Source: Candidatus Fermentibacteraceae bacterium
GTDB taxonomy: Bacteria; Fermentibacterota; Fermentibacteria; Fermentibacterales; JCC-6
Direction: 5' to 3'
Length of the DNA: 64,000 nucleotides
Assembly: GCA_041750285.1 (NCBI GenBank)
Contig: JBGSZS010000019.1
Span: forward strand, 64,001 to 128,000
Below, piece after piece: positions 40,562-50,066 of this stretch. How positions within the stretch are numbered: the stretch's first letter is position 1; the number at the start of each line of letters is the position of its first letter. The notes under the pieces are model-generated. The model was not told the origin of the DNA. It did no database searches and worked only from the letters and a program-made list of their open reading frames with translations. Both the position numbers and the translations under genes were made by a program.

Positions 40562-41348
40562 GATACTTGTTGCGGGGGGCGGCGGGTTGCTCGGAACTGC
40601 CATTCTTTCCAGACTGGGCCGCAGGGCCACGGGCATGGACCTTCCAGTGCTGGACATAACCGACTCGGCATCGGTGACCGGGGCCGTGAAAGCCACCAGA
40701 CCCTCTGTGATAATCAACTGTGCGGCACTGACCGATGTCGACTCGTGCCAGACCAACCCCGGCCGGGCCTTTCTTGTTCACCGTGACGGCGTCAGGCTCC
40801 TTGCGGAAACCGGTGTGCGGCTCGTGACCTTCTCCACCGATCACGTCTTCACCACAGGTGATTCCCCGATCACCGAGGATGCCCCGGCCCATCCCGCGAA
40901 CCTCTACGGTGAGAGCAAGCTTGCGGGGGAATCCGAAGCACTCTCGACCGGTCGGGGTGCGGTGATCAGGACATCCTGGCTCTTCGGCAAGGGCAAAGGG
41001 TTGTTGCCCTGGCTGCATCGCGGCCTGCTGGGCGGGGCTTTGCTGAGTGTCGTGAAGGATCAGACCGCTTGCGTGACTTTCGTTCCCCATCTCGTTGAAG
41101 CGATAGTAGGAATCGTGGACTCCGGGAGCACAGGCATCTTTCACTGCGTCAACCCCGGCCCCGTAACCCCTCTCGCTCTTGCCTCGTCACTAAGGGAGAG
41201 GCTTGGCTGCGGAACCTTCCGGGCCGTCTGCTGGCAGGACCTCGACGTTCCGGCCCCCCGTCCTTTTTATTCGGCCCTGGGAACAACGAAACCCTTCCAC
41301 CTTCCGCCACTTGATGCGGCGCTCGAGGAATGGATGGAAACCCTATGA
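40554..41348 (+). CDS. rfbD: dTDP-4-dehydrorhamnose reductase family
   Basis: GGGGLLG, NCAALTDVD, STDHVF, YGESK, RTSWLF, PRP.YSAL. Confidence 0.88.
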   Translation: MAEILVAGGGGLLGTAILSRLGRRATGMDLPVLDITDSASVTGAVKATRPSVIINCAALTDVDSCQTNPGRAFLVHRDGVRLLAETGVRLVTFSTDHVFTTGDSPITEDAPAHPANLYGESKLAGESEALSTGRGAVIRTSWLFGKGKGLLPWLHRGLLGGALLSVVKDQTACVTFVPHLVEAIVGIVDSGSTGIFHCVNPGPVTPLALASSLRERLGCGTFRAVCWQDLDVPAPRPFYSALGTTKPFHLPPLDAALEEWMETL

Positions 41349-41890
41349 AGAAGTATCTGGAAGAAGCGGCGCACAACCTCGACGGGTTCGACCTTGAGAC
41401 CCTGGAGAGCATTCGCCTGTGCATCCTCGAAGCCATCGCAACGGGCGGGAAAGTACTTGTCTGCGGCAACGGCGGCAGCGCAGCGGACGCTTCCCATCTC
41501 GCCGGAGAACTCGTCGGCAGGTTCCGTCTCGAGCGGAGGGCGCTTCCCGTCGTCGCCCTGACAGTCGACCCTGCCGTGATGACCGCGCTTGCAAACGACT
41601 ACGGGTACGAAAGCGTTTTCGCCCGGCAGGTCGGGGCCCTGGGATGCCACGGGGATGTTCTTCTTGCCATAACCACCAGCGGATGCTCGCCCAATGTGAC
41701 GAACGCCGCGAAAACGGCGGCCGCGAAAGGGATGAAGGTCGTTGCCTTCACCGCGGCGGGCAGGGAGGCTCCCTGGGCTGATGTTCACTGGCGTGCCCCC
41801 TCAGCGGTGACAAGCCATGCACAGGAAGCAATGCTGGTGGCATTCCATGCTCTGTGCCTCGGTCTGGAGGAATCCGTTGCCAAGACGTGA
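41345..41890 (+). CDS. gmhA: Phosphoheptose isomerase (SIS domain)
   Basis: CGNGGSAADASH, ANDYG, FARQV, TTSG.S.N, QE..H. Confidence 0.92.
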   Translation: MKKYLEEAAHNLDGFDLETLESIRLCILEAIATGGKVLVCGNGGSAADASHLAGELVGRFRLERRALPVVALTVDPAVMTALANDYGYESVFARQVGALGCHGDVLLAITTSGCSPNVTNAAKTAAAKGMKVVAFTAAGREAPWADVHWRAPSAVTSHAQEAMLVAFHALCLGLEESVAKT

Positions 41891-42854
41891 GACCCTTCTG
41901 AAGACGATGATCGGCGGCGTGATAGCTGTCGCCACGCTATGGCTCACGTTTCGGAATACCGACTGGGCAGAGCTTCAGGCAGTTGTTTCTTCCTCTTCAA
42001 TGCTTCCCCTTCTTCTGGTGCTTCCCATGCTGGCGGCCAGCTACACATTCAGGGTGCTGAGATGGCGCGTTCTCCTTGCCCATCTCGAGGCGGTCCCGTG
42101 CAGGGTTCTTACACCTCCCGTCCTGGTTGCATTCATGCTGAACAGCGTATTCCCGGGAAGGATCGGTGAGGTGGCCAGGGCGATGCTTCTCGCCAGGAAG
42201 ACGCGGATACCATTCTCCTCAGGTTTTGCTTCGGTGGTTGTCGCCAGGCTTTTCGACGGCCTTTCCCTGACCTTCCTGGCGCTTCTCGTCATGGCTTCCA
42301 TGTGGCGGGAGTTGACGGGCGCCATCAGGTCCGGCCTCATGCTGGCCGGTGCGGGATACGTTCTGGTGCTGCTCGTGCTGGCCGCACTGCGTGCATGGCA
42401 CGGGAAGGCCGCCGCGCTGCTTGTGCGCCCCCTTCGATGGCTTGGGTTGAAAGGCCCCGCAGGGAAACTCGAGGGCATGCTTCTGAGCTTTGCGGCGGGG
42501 CTCGATGTTCTCAGGAGTCCGCGCGACATAGTGAAGGCCGCAGCTCTCTCGGCAGGAGTGTGGGGTTGTCTCACCGCCTCGGTGATCCCCGTTTTCTGGA
42601 GCCTCGGCATGAGCTTCCAGTGGTACACCGCGCCGCTGGTGCTCGTTCTTTCGGGCCTTGGAATGCTCATCCCCACGCCCGCCGGCACCGGCACGATCCA
42701 CTACCTTCTGGGAGTGGTCTTTCCAGTCATCACCGGCGTGCCTGAACCTTCCGCCAAGGCCATGGCCATCCTCTTCCACGCCTCCCAGTTCCTCCCCGTC
42801 ATCGTCGCCGGTCTGATCGCCCAGGGGGACGGACTAAGAAAGATTAGATTGTAG
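41877..42854 (+). CDS. Lysylphosphatidylglycerol-synthase TM domain / flippase-like membrane protein
   Basis: R..RW..LL, NSVFPGRIGEVAR, RLFD, IPTPAGTG. TTG start after GGAGG. Confidence 0.82.
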   Translation: MPRRETLLKTMIGGVIAVATLWLTFRNTDWAELQAVVSSSSMLPLLLVLPMLAASYTFRVLRWRVLLAHLEAVPCRVLTPPVLVAFMLNSVFPGRIGEVARAMLLARKTRIPFSSGFASVVVARLFDGLSLTFLALLVMASMWRELTGAIRSGLMLAGAGYVLVLLVLAALRAWHGKAAALLVRPLRWLGLKGPAGKLEGMLLSFAAGLDVLRSPRDIVKAAALSAGVWGCLTASVIPVFWSLGMSFQWYTAPLVLVLSGLGMLIPTPAGTGTIHYLLGVVFPVITGVPEPSAKAMAILFHASQFLPVIVAGLIAQGDGLRKIRL

Positions 42855-42977
42855 CCTCAAATACATGAGGCATATATATTTGGTAAATGCAGACGACAAC
42901 GCGGAGCACGCTTGACCGTATTTCTATATTACCCTTGCGGCGGATACCATGTTTGCCGCAGGATCGGAGCGGAATAA

Positions 42978-43232
42978 ATGCCTAATTACGATTACCTGTG
43001 TGAGAAGTGCAACTACCGTTACGAGAAATTTCAGCAGATGAACGACATGCCGGAAAGCGTCTGCCCGCAGTGCGGGGGACCTGTCCGAAGGCTGATAGGT
43101 ACCGGTGCAGGGCTGATGTTCAAGGGAAGCGGTTTCTACGAGACCGACTATAAAAGAAAGACATCGGCTTGCCCGGTCGACTCGGGCAAGTCTTCGGGCT
43201 GCTGCGAAGGCTGCCATAAAAAAGACGACTGA
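42978..43232 (+). CDS. FmdB-family zinc-ribbon protein
   Basis: MPNYDYLC..C, CPQCG, FKGSGFYETDY. Confidence 0.92.
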   Translation: MPNYDYLCEKCNYRYEKFQQMNDMPESVCPQCGGPVRRLIGTGAGLMFKGSGFYETDYKRKTSACPVDSGKSSGCCEGCHKKDD

Positions 43233-43275
43233 CCTGTCCGGAATACATACTCTGTAGTCCCCGTTCAGCACATTG

Positions 43276-43305
43276 AAAAGGGGGAGCGGATGAACCGCCC
43301 CCCCC
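43276..43305 (-). terminator. Intrinsic terminator between convergent genes
   Basis: GC-rich stem ggggg(a)gcgg / ccgccccc, with AAAA on + that reads as a U-tract on -. Confidence 0.6.
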
Positions 43306-43325
43306 GGAACCGGTTTTTACCGGTT

Positions 43326-43790
43326 CTACATCATGTCAAAGCCTTCGGCGATGACCCAGCGGCCATCTTCCTTGACAAGCTTGACTTCCTCGGTGTCGCC
43401 GTCAACGGTGACCTCGACCCAGGCCTCTTCGCCTTCGATCCTCTCGGCACCGAAAGTCACTTCCATCTCGGCGAACTCGGCGCCGAACATCTCGGACTGG
43501 AAAAGAAGGGTGACGAAACCGGCTGCATCGAGGTTGCTGATCTCTTCAGCGGTGACGGTGATGCCGATGAAAGCCATCATCTCGGCGGACTCTTCGGGGT
43601 TGGCCTTCATTTCCTCGACGGAGGTGTTGAGCTCGGCGACCTGCTCTGCGGACATGCACTCGATGAGGGCTTTGCCGTCACCGGTCTTGAGGGCGTTGAA
43701 AGCCTTCTCGACAGTGGCTTTGGGGCCGGGGGCGGCTCCGCATCCCGCTATCATGGCCACTATGGCCGTGATGATAAGAAGCTTCTTCAT
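43326..43790 (-). CDS. Lipoprotein, DUF4878/NTF2-like
   Basis: MKKLL..IAGC lipobox, P..TVE..F.AL, LVKEDGRWVI. Confidence 0.78.
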   Translation of the reverse strand: MKKLLIITAIVAMIAGCGAAPGPKATVEKAFNALKTGDGKALIECMSAEQVAELNTSVEEMKANPEESAEMMAFIGITVTAEEISNLDAAGFVTLLFQSEMFGAEFAEMEVTFGAERIEGEEAWVEVTVDGDTEEVKLVKEDGRWVIAEGFDMM

Positions 43791-43819
43791 CTTTTCTCTC
43801 CTGTTCGGTTTGTGGGTCA

Positions 43820-44302
43820 TCAAAGCGCGAAGCGCAAACCTTCGCCGGTGATCTTCCAGTTGCTGTCTTCAAGAACCATTTCAACGGTGCCCGATGTTGT
43901 GTCGCCAAGGAAAACCACGGTGACGTTCACCATGGCGTTCGGTCCGGCGACGGACACTTCGCCGACCTCAAGGGATGCTTCTTCCATCATGCCCATGAAC
44001 AGCGGCGACTCTATCATCCTTTCAAGCAGTGTCTCTATTGTTATCAAACCAACATCATCCGGTGTCAGCGATATCCCATAAGCTGCCAAAGCAGTTGCGG
44101 CGCTGTCAGGGTTGTGCTTCAGTCCGGCAACGTTCATTCCCGCTTCAAGTGAATCCAGCGCGTCATGGGACAGGTACTCGACCGCCTTGCTGCCTTTTCC
44201 GGCCTTGACCGCGTCAAAGAAAGACAACAGGGAGGAAGCCGGATCACCCGGGCCCCCGCACCCCGCGAGAAACAGTAATACAGCGGTGAGCGCTGTTTTC
44301 AA
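43820..44302 (-). CDS. Lipoprotein, paralogue of 43326-43790
   Basis: LAGC lipobox, FFDAVKAG.G, MVLEDSNWKI..G. Confidence 0.75.
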   Translation of the reverse strand: MKTALTAVLLFLAGCGGPGDPASSLLSFFDAVKAGKGSKAVEYLSHDALDSLEAGMNVAGLKHNPDSAATALAAYGISLTPDDVGLITIETLLERMIESPLFMGMMEEASLEVGEVSVAGPNAMVNVTVVFLGDTTSGTVEMVLEDSNWKITGEGLRFAL

Positions 44303-44456
44303 AAAATCCCCCCCGATTGCCAGGCGGCAGCAATTCCAGTCGGATACGAGTTTGAATTATACGAGGACTTGCGGGAAGTGAAAAGGGCTGCACACTTCTT
44401 GTCCCCGGCCCCTGCGTACTGCATCTTACCACGAACCCAACCGGGAGGACGCGTCT

Positions 44457-45773
44457 CTGAAAACCAGAACCATGATCATGGGGCTTATCTGTCTTTTGTG
44501 CTCCTGTGGTGCCAATGCTCCTTCGAAGTCCGGCCAGATCGAGGTCGTGTTCTGGCACGCCATGGGGGGACCACTGGGAGACGTTCTCGAGGACACACTC
44601 ATCGCCGATTTCAACAACACGCATCCAAACATAAGGGTGATCCCCGTGAACATGGGGAACTACAGGGCACTGAGCCAGAAGATCATGGCTTCGGTGATGG
44701 CCGGTGCTCCACCGGTGATGGCCCAGGCCTACGAAACCTGGACATCCCAGCTGGTCAGGGGAGGAGTGCTTGTTCCCCTGGATTCACTGATGGATTCCGA
44801 TCCTCTGTATTCCAGTGATGACTGGGACGATTTTTTCAGGGTATTCAGGGAAAACAACACCTACAACGGGCGGATCTACAGCTTTCCCTTCAACAAGAGC
44901 GTTCCCCTGATCTACTACAACGTCGAGCTGTACCGTCAACTGGGGCTTGAACCGGCAGGGACATGGGCCCAGCAGCGCCTGCTTCTGAAGGCTCTGTGCC
45001 TGGATGTCAACGGCGATGGAGACCTTCTCGACGAAGGCGACAGGTGGGGAACGGCCTTCGGTCCAAGTGTGTGGACCTTCGAGTGCCTTCTTGCCCAGGC
45101 CGGTGGGTCCCTTCTCAATGAGGAAGGAACCGGGGCTGCCTTCAACGGACCCGGAGGGGCGGAAGCCCTCGGTTTTCTGACCGATCTGCTCTATGTGGAC
45201 AGAACTGCCTACCTCTCTTCGGGGTACGACCATCAGAGGGATTTTCTCGACGGCGGTATCGGGCAGGTCCAGGGATCAGTGACAAGCCTTGCCTTCATGG
45301 AACAGGAGATGGAGCGTCGAAGGGAGAGCGGGCTCCCCGCATTCACCATTGGTGTCGCCGCTCTGCCCGGATACAGGGAGCGAAGGGTTTACATCGCGGG
45401 AACCAATGTTGTCCTTTTCCGCAACCAGGACCCTCGGGTCGTTGATGCCGGCTGGGAATTCATCCGCTGGTTCACGTCTGCCCGACAGCAGGCCAGGTGG
45501 GCTGCCGGCAGCGGGTACCTGCCCGCCAGGCGGTCAAGTCTCGATGACCCATTGATGCTTCGGAAGTTTTCCGAGTACCCGGGTCTGCTCTCGGTGGTTC
45601 AGCAGGTGGAAACCGCCCTCCACGAACCCCAGGCCACAGCGTGGTATGACGGTCGCGAATTTCTTTCCGAGGCACTGGAAATAGTTCTCTATGGCAGGAT
45701 GTCGGCGGAGGAGGCTCTGGAGCGGGCCGCAGCCCTGGCCGACGCTGAAATCCGGCTGGAAGCCGAAAGGTGA
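44457..45773 (+). CDS. ABC transporter solute-binding lipoprotein (family 1, UgpB-like)
   Basis: FWHAMGG, FPFNKS, W...SGYLP. CTG start at 44457 after GGAGG (or ATG at 44472); lipobox-like LCSC. Confidence 0.88.
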   Translation: MKTRTMIMGLICLLCSCGANAPSKSGQIEVVFWHAMGGPLGDVLEDTLIADFNNTHPNIRVIPVNMGNYRALSQKIMASVMAGAPPVMAQAYETWTSQLVRGGVLVPLDSLMDSDPLYSSDDWDDFFRVFRENNTYNGRIYSFPFNKSVPLIYYNVELYRQLGLEPAGTWAQQRLLLKALCLDVNGDGDLLDEGDRWGTAFGPSVWTFECLLAQAGGSLLNEEGTGAAFNGPGGAEALGFLTDLLYVDRTAYLSSGYDHQRDFLDGGIGQVQGSVTSLAFMEQEMERRRESGLPAFTIGVAALPGYRERRVYIAGTNVVLFRNQDPRVVDAGWEFIRWFTSARQQARWAAGSGYLPARRSSLDDPLMLRKFSEYPGLLSVVQQVETALHEPQATAWYDGREFLSEALEIVLYGRMSAEEALERAAALADAEIRLEAER

Positions 45774-45789
45774 GGGGGAGAGTTACCGC

Positions 45790-46797
45790 ATGAAAAGATT
45801 CCTTGTGCCGGCGCTTCTCGCATGCAGGTTGTGGGCTCAGGTCCTGACCGTTGCCGAGGCCAGGGTGGATGCGAACGGAGACGGCATTCCCGATCTTCTG
45901 GGGCAGACCGTCACGATACAGGCTGTCGCCACTTGTGAAGGCACCCTGTTTTCCACCACCGGCCTGAGCTTCTACGTTCAGGACGAGACCGCCGGGATCA
46001 ACGTGTATGCGTACAGCTCCGCATCACCGGGGGAGGTGAACCCCGGCGACGAGTACCAGATCACGGGAGAGATCAAGTTCTACAACGGACTCACCGAGAT
46101 ATCGCCGACGGACCCCTCCGATTTCCAGTTCCTGGGAAGCCCGGGCGTGCCTTCCCCCCTCTACCTCTCAAGACACCGGAGCGTCAATGAAAGCAACGAG
46201 GGGATGCTCCTTGTGATAGGCAGCGTTCCCGGCGGTCACTGGATAACCGTCGTGGATACTCCGTCATCCTCCGGCGGCGGATGGAACTTCAGCGCATGGA
46301 ACGGAAACTCGCTGATCGCTGTCAGGGTGAATGAAACCACCGGGATTGACGTTTCAGGCATTGGCCCCGGCACCAGGCTGGTGCTGGCCGGAATCGGGGG
46401 CCAGTACTCGTCCGAACCGCCTTACAGCTCAGGTTACCAGATGCTTCCAAGGTATCAGCAGGACATTGCTGTGTACGATCCGTCGATCCCCCCGGTTTTT
46501 CACCTCGATGTGCAGGGGAATCCATTCGCTCCCTCATTGGGTGAAGTCATGACCGTGACGTACGGAGGGCCTGCCGGAAGCCTGCTCGATCTGACGGTGT
46601 TCGACAGAAGCGGCAGGGCGGTGGCCCATCTTGCCGAGAACATGCCGGCAGGGGATCAGCTGGTTTGGAACGGCACCGGTGACATGAACGAGACCCTTCC
46701 GATGGGGCAGTACATCCTGCTCCTCGAGGGAACCACCCAGGCCGGGGAAAGGCTCACCACGACTGAAACCGTGGTCGTAGCCGCCCCGCTCCGGTGA
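45790..46797 (+). CDS. Secreted protein with tandem OB-folds and a C-terminal FlgD-Ig/T9SS-CTD-like domain
   Basis: FYVQDETAGINVY, PGDEYQITGEIKFYNGLTEI, GYQMLPRYQQDI (OB folds as in extracellular nucleases); NPF.P..VFDRSGR.V..WNG....LP.GQYI tail. Confidence 0.75.
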   Translation: MKRFLVPALLACRLWAQVLTVAEARVDANGDGIPDLLGQTVTIQAVATCEGTLFSTTGLSFYVQDETAGINVYAYSSASPGEVNPGDEYQITGEIKFYNGLTEISPTDPSDFQFLGSPGVPSPLYLSRHRSVNESNEGMLLVIGSVPGGHWITVVDTPSSSGGGWNFSAWNGNSLIAVRVNETTGIDVSGIGPGTRLVLAGIGGQYSSEPPYSSGYQMLPRYQQDIAVYDPSIPPVFHLDVQGNPFAPSLGEVMTVTYGGPAGSLLDLTVFDRSGRAVAHLAENMPAGDQLVWNGTGDMNETLPMGQYILLLEGTTQAGERLTTTETVVVAAPLR

Positions 46798-46807
46798 GGG
46801 GGAGCCG

Positions 46808-47626
46808 ATGAAAGCACTGATCGTTTCTGCGATCCTGGCACTCTGCCTGGCGCATACCGCCTCTGCGGCATTCGAAGAACTCGAACTCGGGACCGAATGC
46901 CGCGCGATGGGTGGCACCGGGGTTGTCATGCCGGGGATAGCAGGGATGCTGTGGAACCCAGCCTCGGTTTCCTTCGAGACTGATGCCTCGGCCGCGGCAG
47001 CGGGAAGAATTCCCTACGGCAATCCGGACTTCGTCACCGCAGGCGCCGACATTGCACTGCCTCTCTCCCACGGATGGGTCGTGGGCGGAGGAGCAAGGTT
47101 GTTCGGGGGGGAGCTCTACTCCGAACAGATGGTTCATGTCACAGCCTCGCGCCTTCTGACAGAGGATCTGTCAGTTGGCATCCAGCCGCTGTTCTGCAGG
47201 GCGTCCATCTCGGACGGTCTGAGCAGTTACGGAAGTTCATGGACCGCTGATATGACGGTCGGGCTCCAGGCAAGGGTTTTCGACAGATGGAGCCTGGGAG
47301 CCGCCCTGAGAAACCCCTTCGAAGCCAGGATAGGGGAGAGTGGCGAGCATCTTGTCAGCAGGATGGACATCGGAGTAAGGTACGAGCCCCTGCCGGGCAT
47401 GGCATCAGCCTTTGCCGTAACCCGGGACTTTCAGGGCACGGTGGTCCGTGTCGGCCAGGCACTCCCGCTTGGTCCGCTCACCCTTCTCGCCGGAGTCAGA
47501 AGCGGACCCGCCGTGGTTACCGGCGGGTTCAGCGCCCGTGTTTCGGGGGTCGTCTTCTCGTACGCCGTTGAAACCCATCCCCAGCTCAGTGCCACCCATC
47601 AGGCGGGGGTCGGGTATGCTTTCTAA
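46808..47626 (+). CDS. PorV/PorQ-like outer-membrane beta-barrel
   Basis: Signal peptide, G..RAMGG...WNPA, YAVETHPQL..TH, terminal YAF. Confidence 0.72.
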   Translation: MKALIVSAILALCLAHTASAAFEELELGTECRAMGGTGVVMPGIAGMLWNPASVSFETDASAAAAGRIPYGNPDFVTAGADIALPLSHGWVVGGGARLFGGELYSEQMVHVTASRLLTEDLSVGIQPLFCRASISDGLSSYGSSWTADMTVGLQARVFDRWSLGAALRNPFEARIGESGEHLVSRMDIGVRYEPLPGMASAFAVTRDFQGTVVRVGQALPLGPLTLLAGVRSGPAVVTGGFSARVSGVVFSYAVETHPQLSATHQAGVGYAF

Positions 47627-50054
47627 CCTTTTCCTGCTCATTTCAATCGTTCTGGCGCGGGGCATGCCCGGACCCGACCTGAACTCGGCATCGCTTCAAG
47701 AGCTGGAAGCCCTTGAGGGACTAACCGATGTCCAGGCCAGGACACTGCATGCCTACATCAATGAGACAGGCGGACTAGAGAATGTCTACGAAGTACTCCT
47801 TCTGCCGGGATTTGACGCGGTTGCCCTGGACTGGCTGGTCCGGAACACCGTAGTCCTTCCCCCCGCGTCACGACGGATCAGCCCCATGGTGATGGACATC
47901 ATGGAGCGGCTATCGCAGGAGGACGGTCCCGGAGCCTCCGAAGTCGAGTACTGGGAGGATCTCCTTGTCAGACCAATGCCTCTGGCGGTGGCAACACACT
48001 GGGACCTGCGCGGGCTTGACGGCGTGACCCTGATGGATGCTGCCGCAGTAGATGCAAGGATGAGATCATCGGGTGTGCCGGGTAGCGTCAGGTCGCTTCG
48101 TGACACGGACAATCTCACCTACTTCGCCTGGCGGAACATGAGGGATTTCGTCGGGACGGATTCGTCGGGCAGCCAGGGATTCGGGGGGAACTACCGGTTC
48201 ATTTTCGACGGGGGATCGGGACGGGACGGCACCGAAGACAACCTTGAGGGCATGATATCGGAAATCGAATCGGCCCTTTCAGCAATGTACGACGGTTCCA
48301 GAGACTACTCCGGAAGCCCTGTGGACAGCGCTGCACTGACCTCTCAGCTCCTTTCGGGAAGGGAAGCCCTGCTCGCGGCCAGGGACAGGCCCGGTTTCAG
48401 CCACAAACTCCGCTTCATGACCGGCGACATCTTTCAGGCCGGAGCAAGGTTTTCAAGGGATTACGCATCCACGCAGGTCGAGGGCCCCCTCTTCCCGATA
48501 CTGGACGGTCTTGAGACGGGAGGCGAGTTCCAGACCGCGAAGGCTTTCGCCGAGATAAGGCCAGGCGGCCCGTTTCGCAGGGTCATCCTGGGCAACTACC
48601 GACTCAGTCTAGGCCAGGGCCTTCTGATGGACAACACCGACGAGCTGCGCTACAGGAACACCCAGAGGACCTGGGGTCTTATGCCGGACCTGACCACCAC
48701 ACGGCAGCACGCTCTCACTGGCGGGGCCGCAGAGATCAGAACTGGAGGCGCCATCCTGTACGGCTTCGGCTCATGGAACAGCAGGGATGCGGTCATGAAC
48801 CCTGACGGAACACCGAATGTTCTCATGCAGAGCCGGTTCAGAACCGATGCCACGTCGGGGAAGGTGGACGAGGCGGTGCTGGGTGGCTACGGTTTCTATG
48901 ACCTTGGTGAGGTCCTTCCCGTGGGAACAGCGCTGGGTGCGGGTTTCATGAGGATAGCCTATGGTGATTCACTGGCGCCGACACCGGAAACACTGGACAT
49001 CCCCGGCGACAGCTATCAATGGGATTGCCCCGAGTACGGTCAAATGCCGTCCGGTGATGCCATGAGCTTCTCCGGTCTCTACGGTCAGACGGTGTTTGAG
49101 CGGTTCAGCTTTCAGGGCGAGCTGGCACTGCAGGACAACGGGGCTTCCGCAGGATTGGCCAGGGCGGACTGGAGGAATGACTGGCACTATCTCACCTGCA
49201 TTTACCGCCGGTATGAACCCGGGTTCACAAACCCCTACAATCGTGGTTTCACCGAACAGCTCAGGTTTGACGACACGGTCTTCGAAAGCCCCTACCGGTT
49301 CAACGACCCGCTTTACAGCCAGCTCGCCGACCTTCCCATACCCAAGCCAGAAGAGGGAATCTACCTCGAAACCCGTTACCAGATAAGCAGCAGGATCACT
49401 TTCACCAAAGTGTACATCGACCTCTGGAGAACACTTCCCCACGACCTCGAGAACCTGCGGTTCCAGGGAGAGGTGGAGTACAGACCGGTGTGGCCCGTGC
49501 GATTCAGACTGAAGTACAAGTTCCAGGACAAGTACAAGCCCAGGACCGCAGTCTCCACCAATTCCAGAACCACGGAGTACACCTTCAGGACGTTCATACT
49601 GCCCACAGGCGGAGACTACGTGAGCGTATCCCTCCGATACGGCCAGGTTGAACTCTCGCCAAACCCCATGTACGGTGATGACGCGCTGATGGATGGCGGC
49701 TTCCTTGGCCTTCAGTGGGAGCACGACTTCAACGAGGATCTGTCGCTCCTGGGCGGGGCGACCCTGTGGACCACCAGCGGAATGAGCCAATGGGAGTTCG
49801 AGGATACGGGGATCGATTTCCTGGACGGCAGGGGAACAAAGTTCTATCTCACTTTCAAGAATGTTCTGTCCGACGCCCTTCAACTGAGGATGCGCTTTCT
49901 CAGGAAGGAAACATCCCTTCCCCACAATGGGTTTTACCGTCCGGACCCGGATGACTCGTTCCACTACGGTGGGGGGACCGAAGAGGTTCCCGGAGAGTTC
50001 GTGGACCGGCTGGTGGAATACGGTTTGCGTTTCCAGCTTGATTATCGCTGGTAG
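47616..50054 (+). CDS. Helix-hairpin-helix (ComEA-like) domains fused to a probable beta-barrel
   Basis: DLNSASLQELEALEGL..V.EVLLLPGF and a second HhH-like unit (AT..DLRGLDGV), ILGNYRLSLGQGL, terminal LRFQLDYRW. Confidence 0.75.
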   Translation: MLSNLFLLISIVLARGMPGPDLNSASLQELEALEGLTDVQARTLHAYINETGGLENVYEVLLLPGFDAVALDWLVRNTVVLPPASRRISPMVMDIMERLSQEDGPGASEVEYWEDLLVRPMPLAVATHWDLRGLDGVTLMDAAAVDARMRSSGVPGSVRSLRDTDNLTYFAWRNMRDFVGTDSSGSQGFGGNYRFIFDGGSGRDGTEDNLEGMISEIESALSAMYDGSRDYSGSPVDSAALTSQLLSGREALLAARDRPGFSHKLRFMTGDIFQAGARFSRDYASTQVEGPLFPILDGLETGGEFQTAKAFAEIRPGGPFRRVILGNYRLSLGQGLLMDNTDELRYRNTQRTWGLMPDLTTTRQHALTGGAAEIRTGGAILYGFGSWNSRDAVMNPDGTPNVLMQSRFRTDATSGKVDEAVLGGYGFYDLGEVLPVGTALGAGFMRIAYGDSLAPTPETLDIPGDSYQWDCPEYGQMPSGDAMSFSGLYGQTVFERFSFQGELALQDNGASAGLARADWRNDWHYLTCIYRRYEPGFTNPYNRGFTEQLRFDDTVFESPYRFNDPLYSQLADLPIPKPEEGIYLETRYQISSRITFTKVYIDLWRTLPHDLENLRFQGEVEYRPVWPVRFRLKYKFQDKYKPRTAVSTNSRTTEYTFRTFILPTGGDYVSVSLRYGQVELSPNPMYGDDALMDGGFLGLQWEHDFNEDLSLLGGATLWTTSGMSQWEFEDTGIDFLDGRGTKFYLTFKNVLSDALQLRMRFLRKETSLPHNGFYRPDPDDSFHYGGGTEEVPGEFVDRLVEYGLRFQLDYRW

Positions 50055-50066
50055 GCGGGAGATTGT

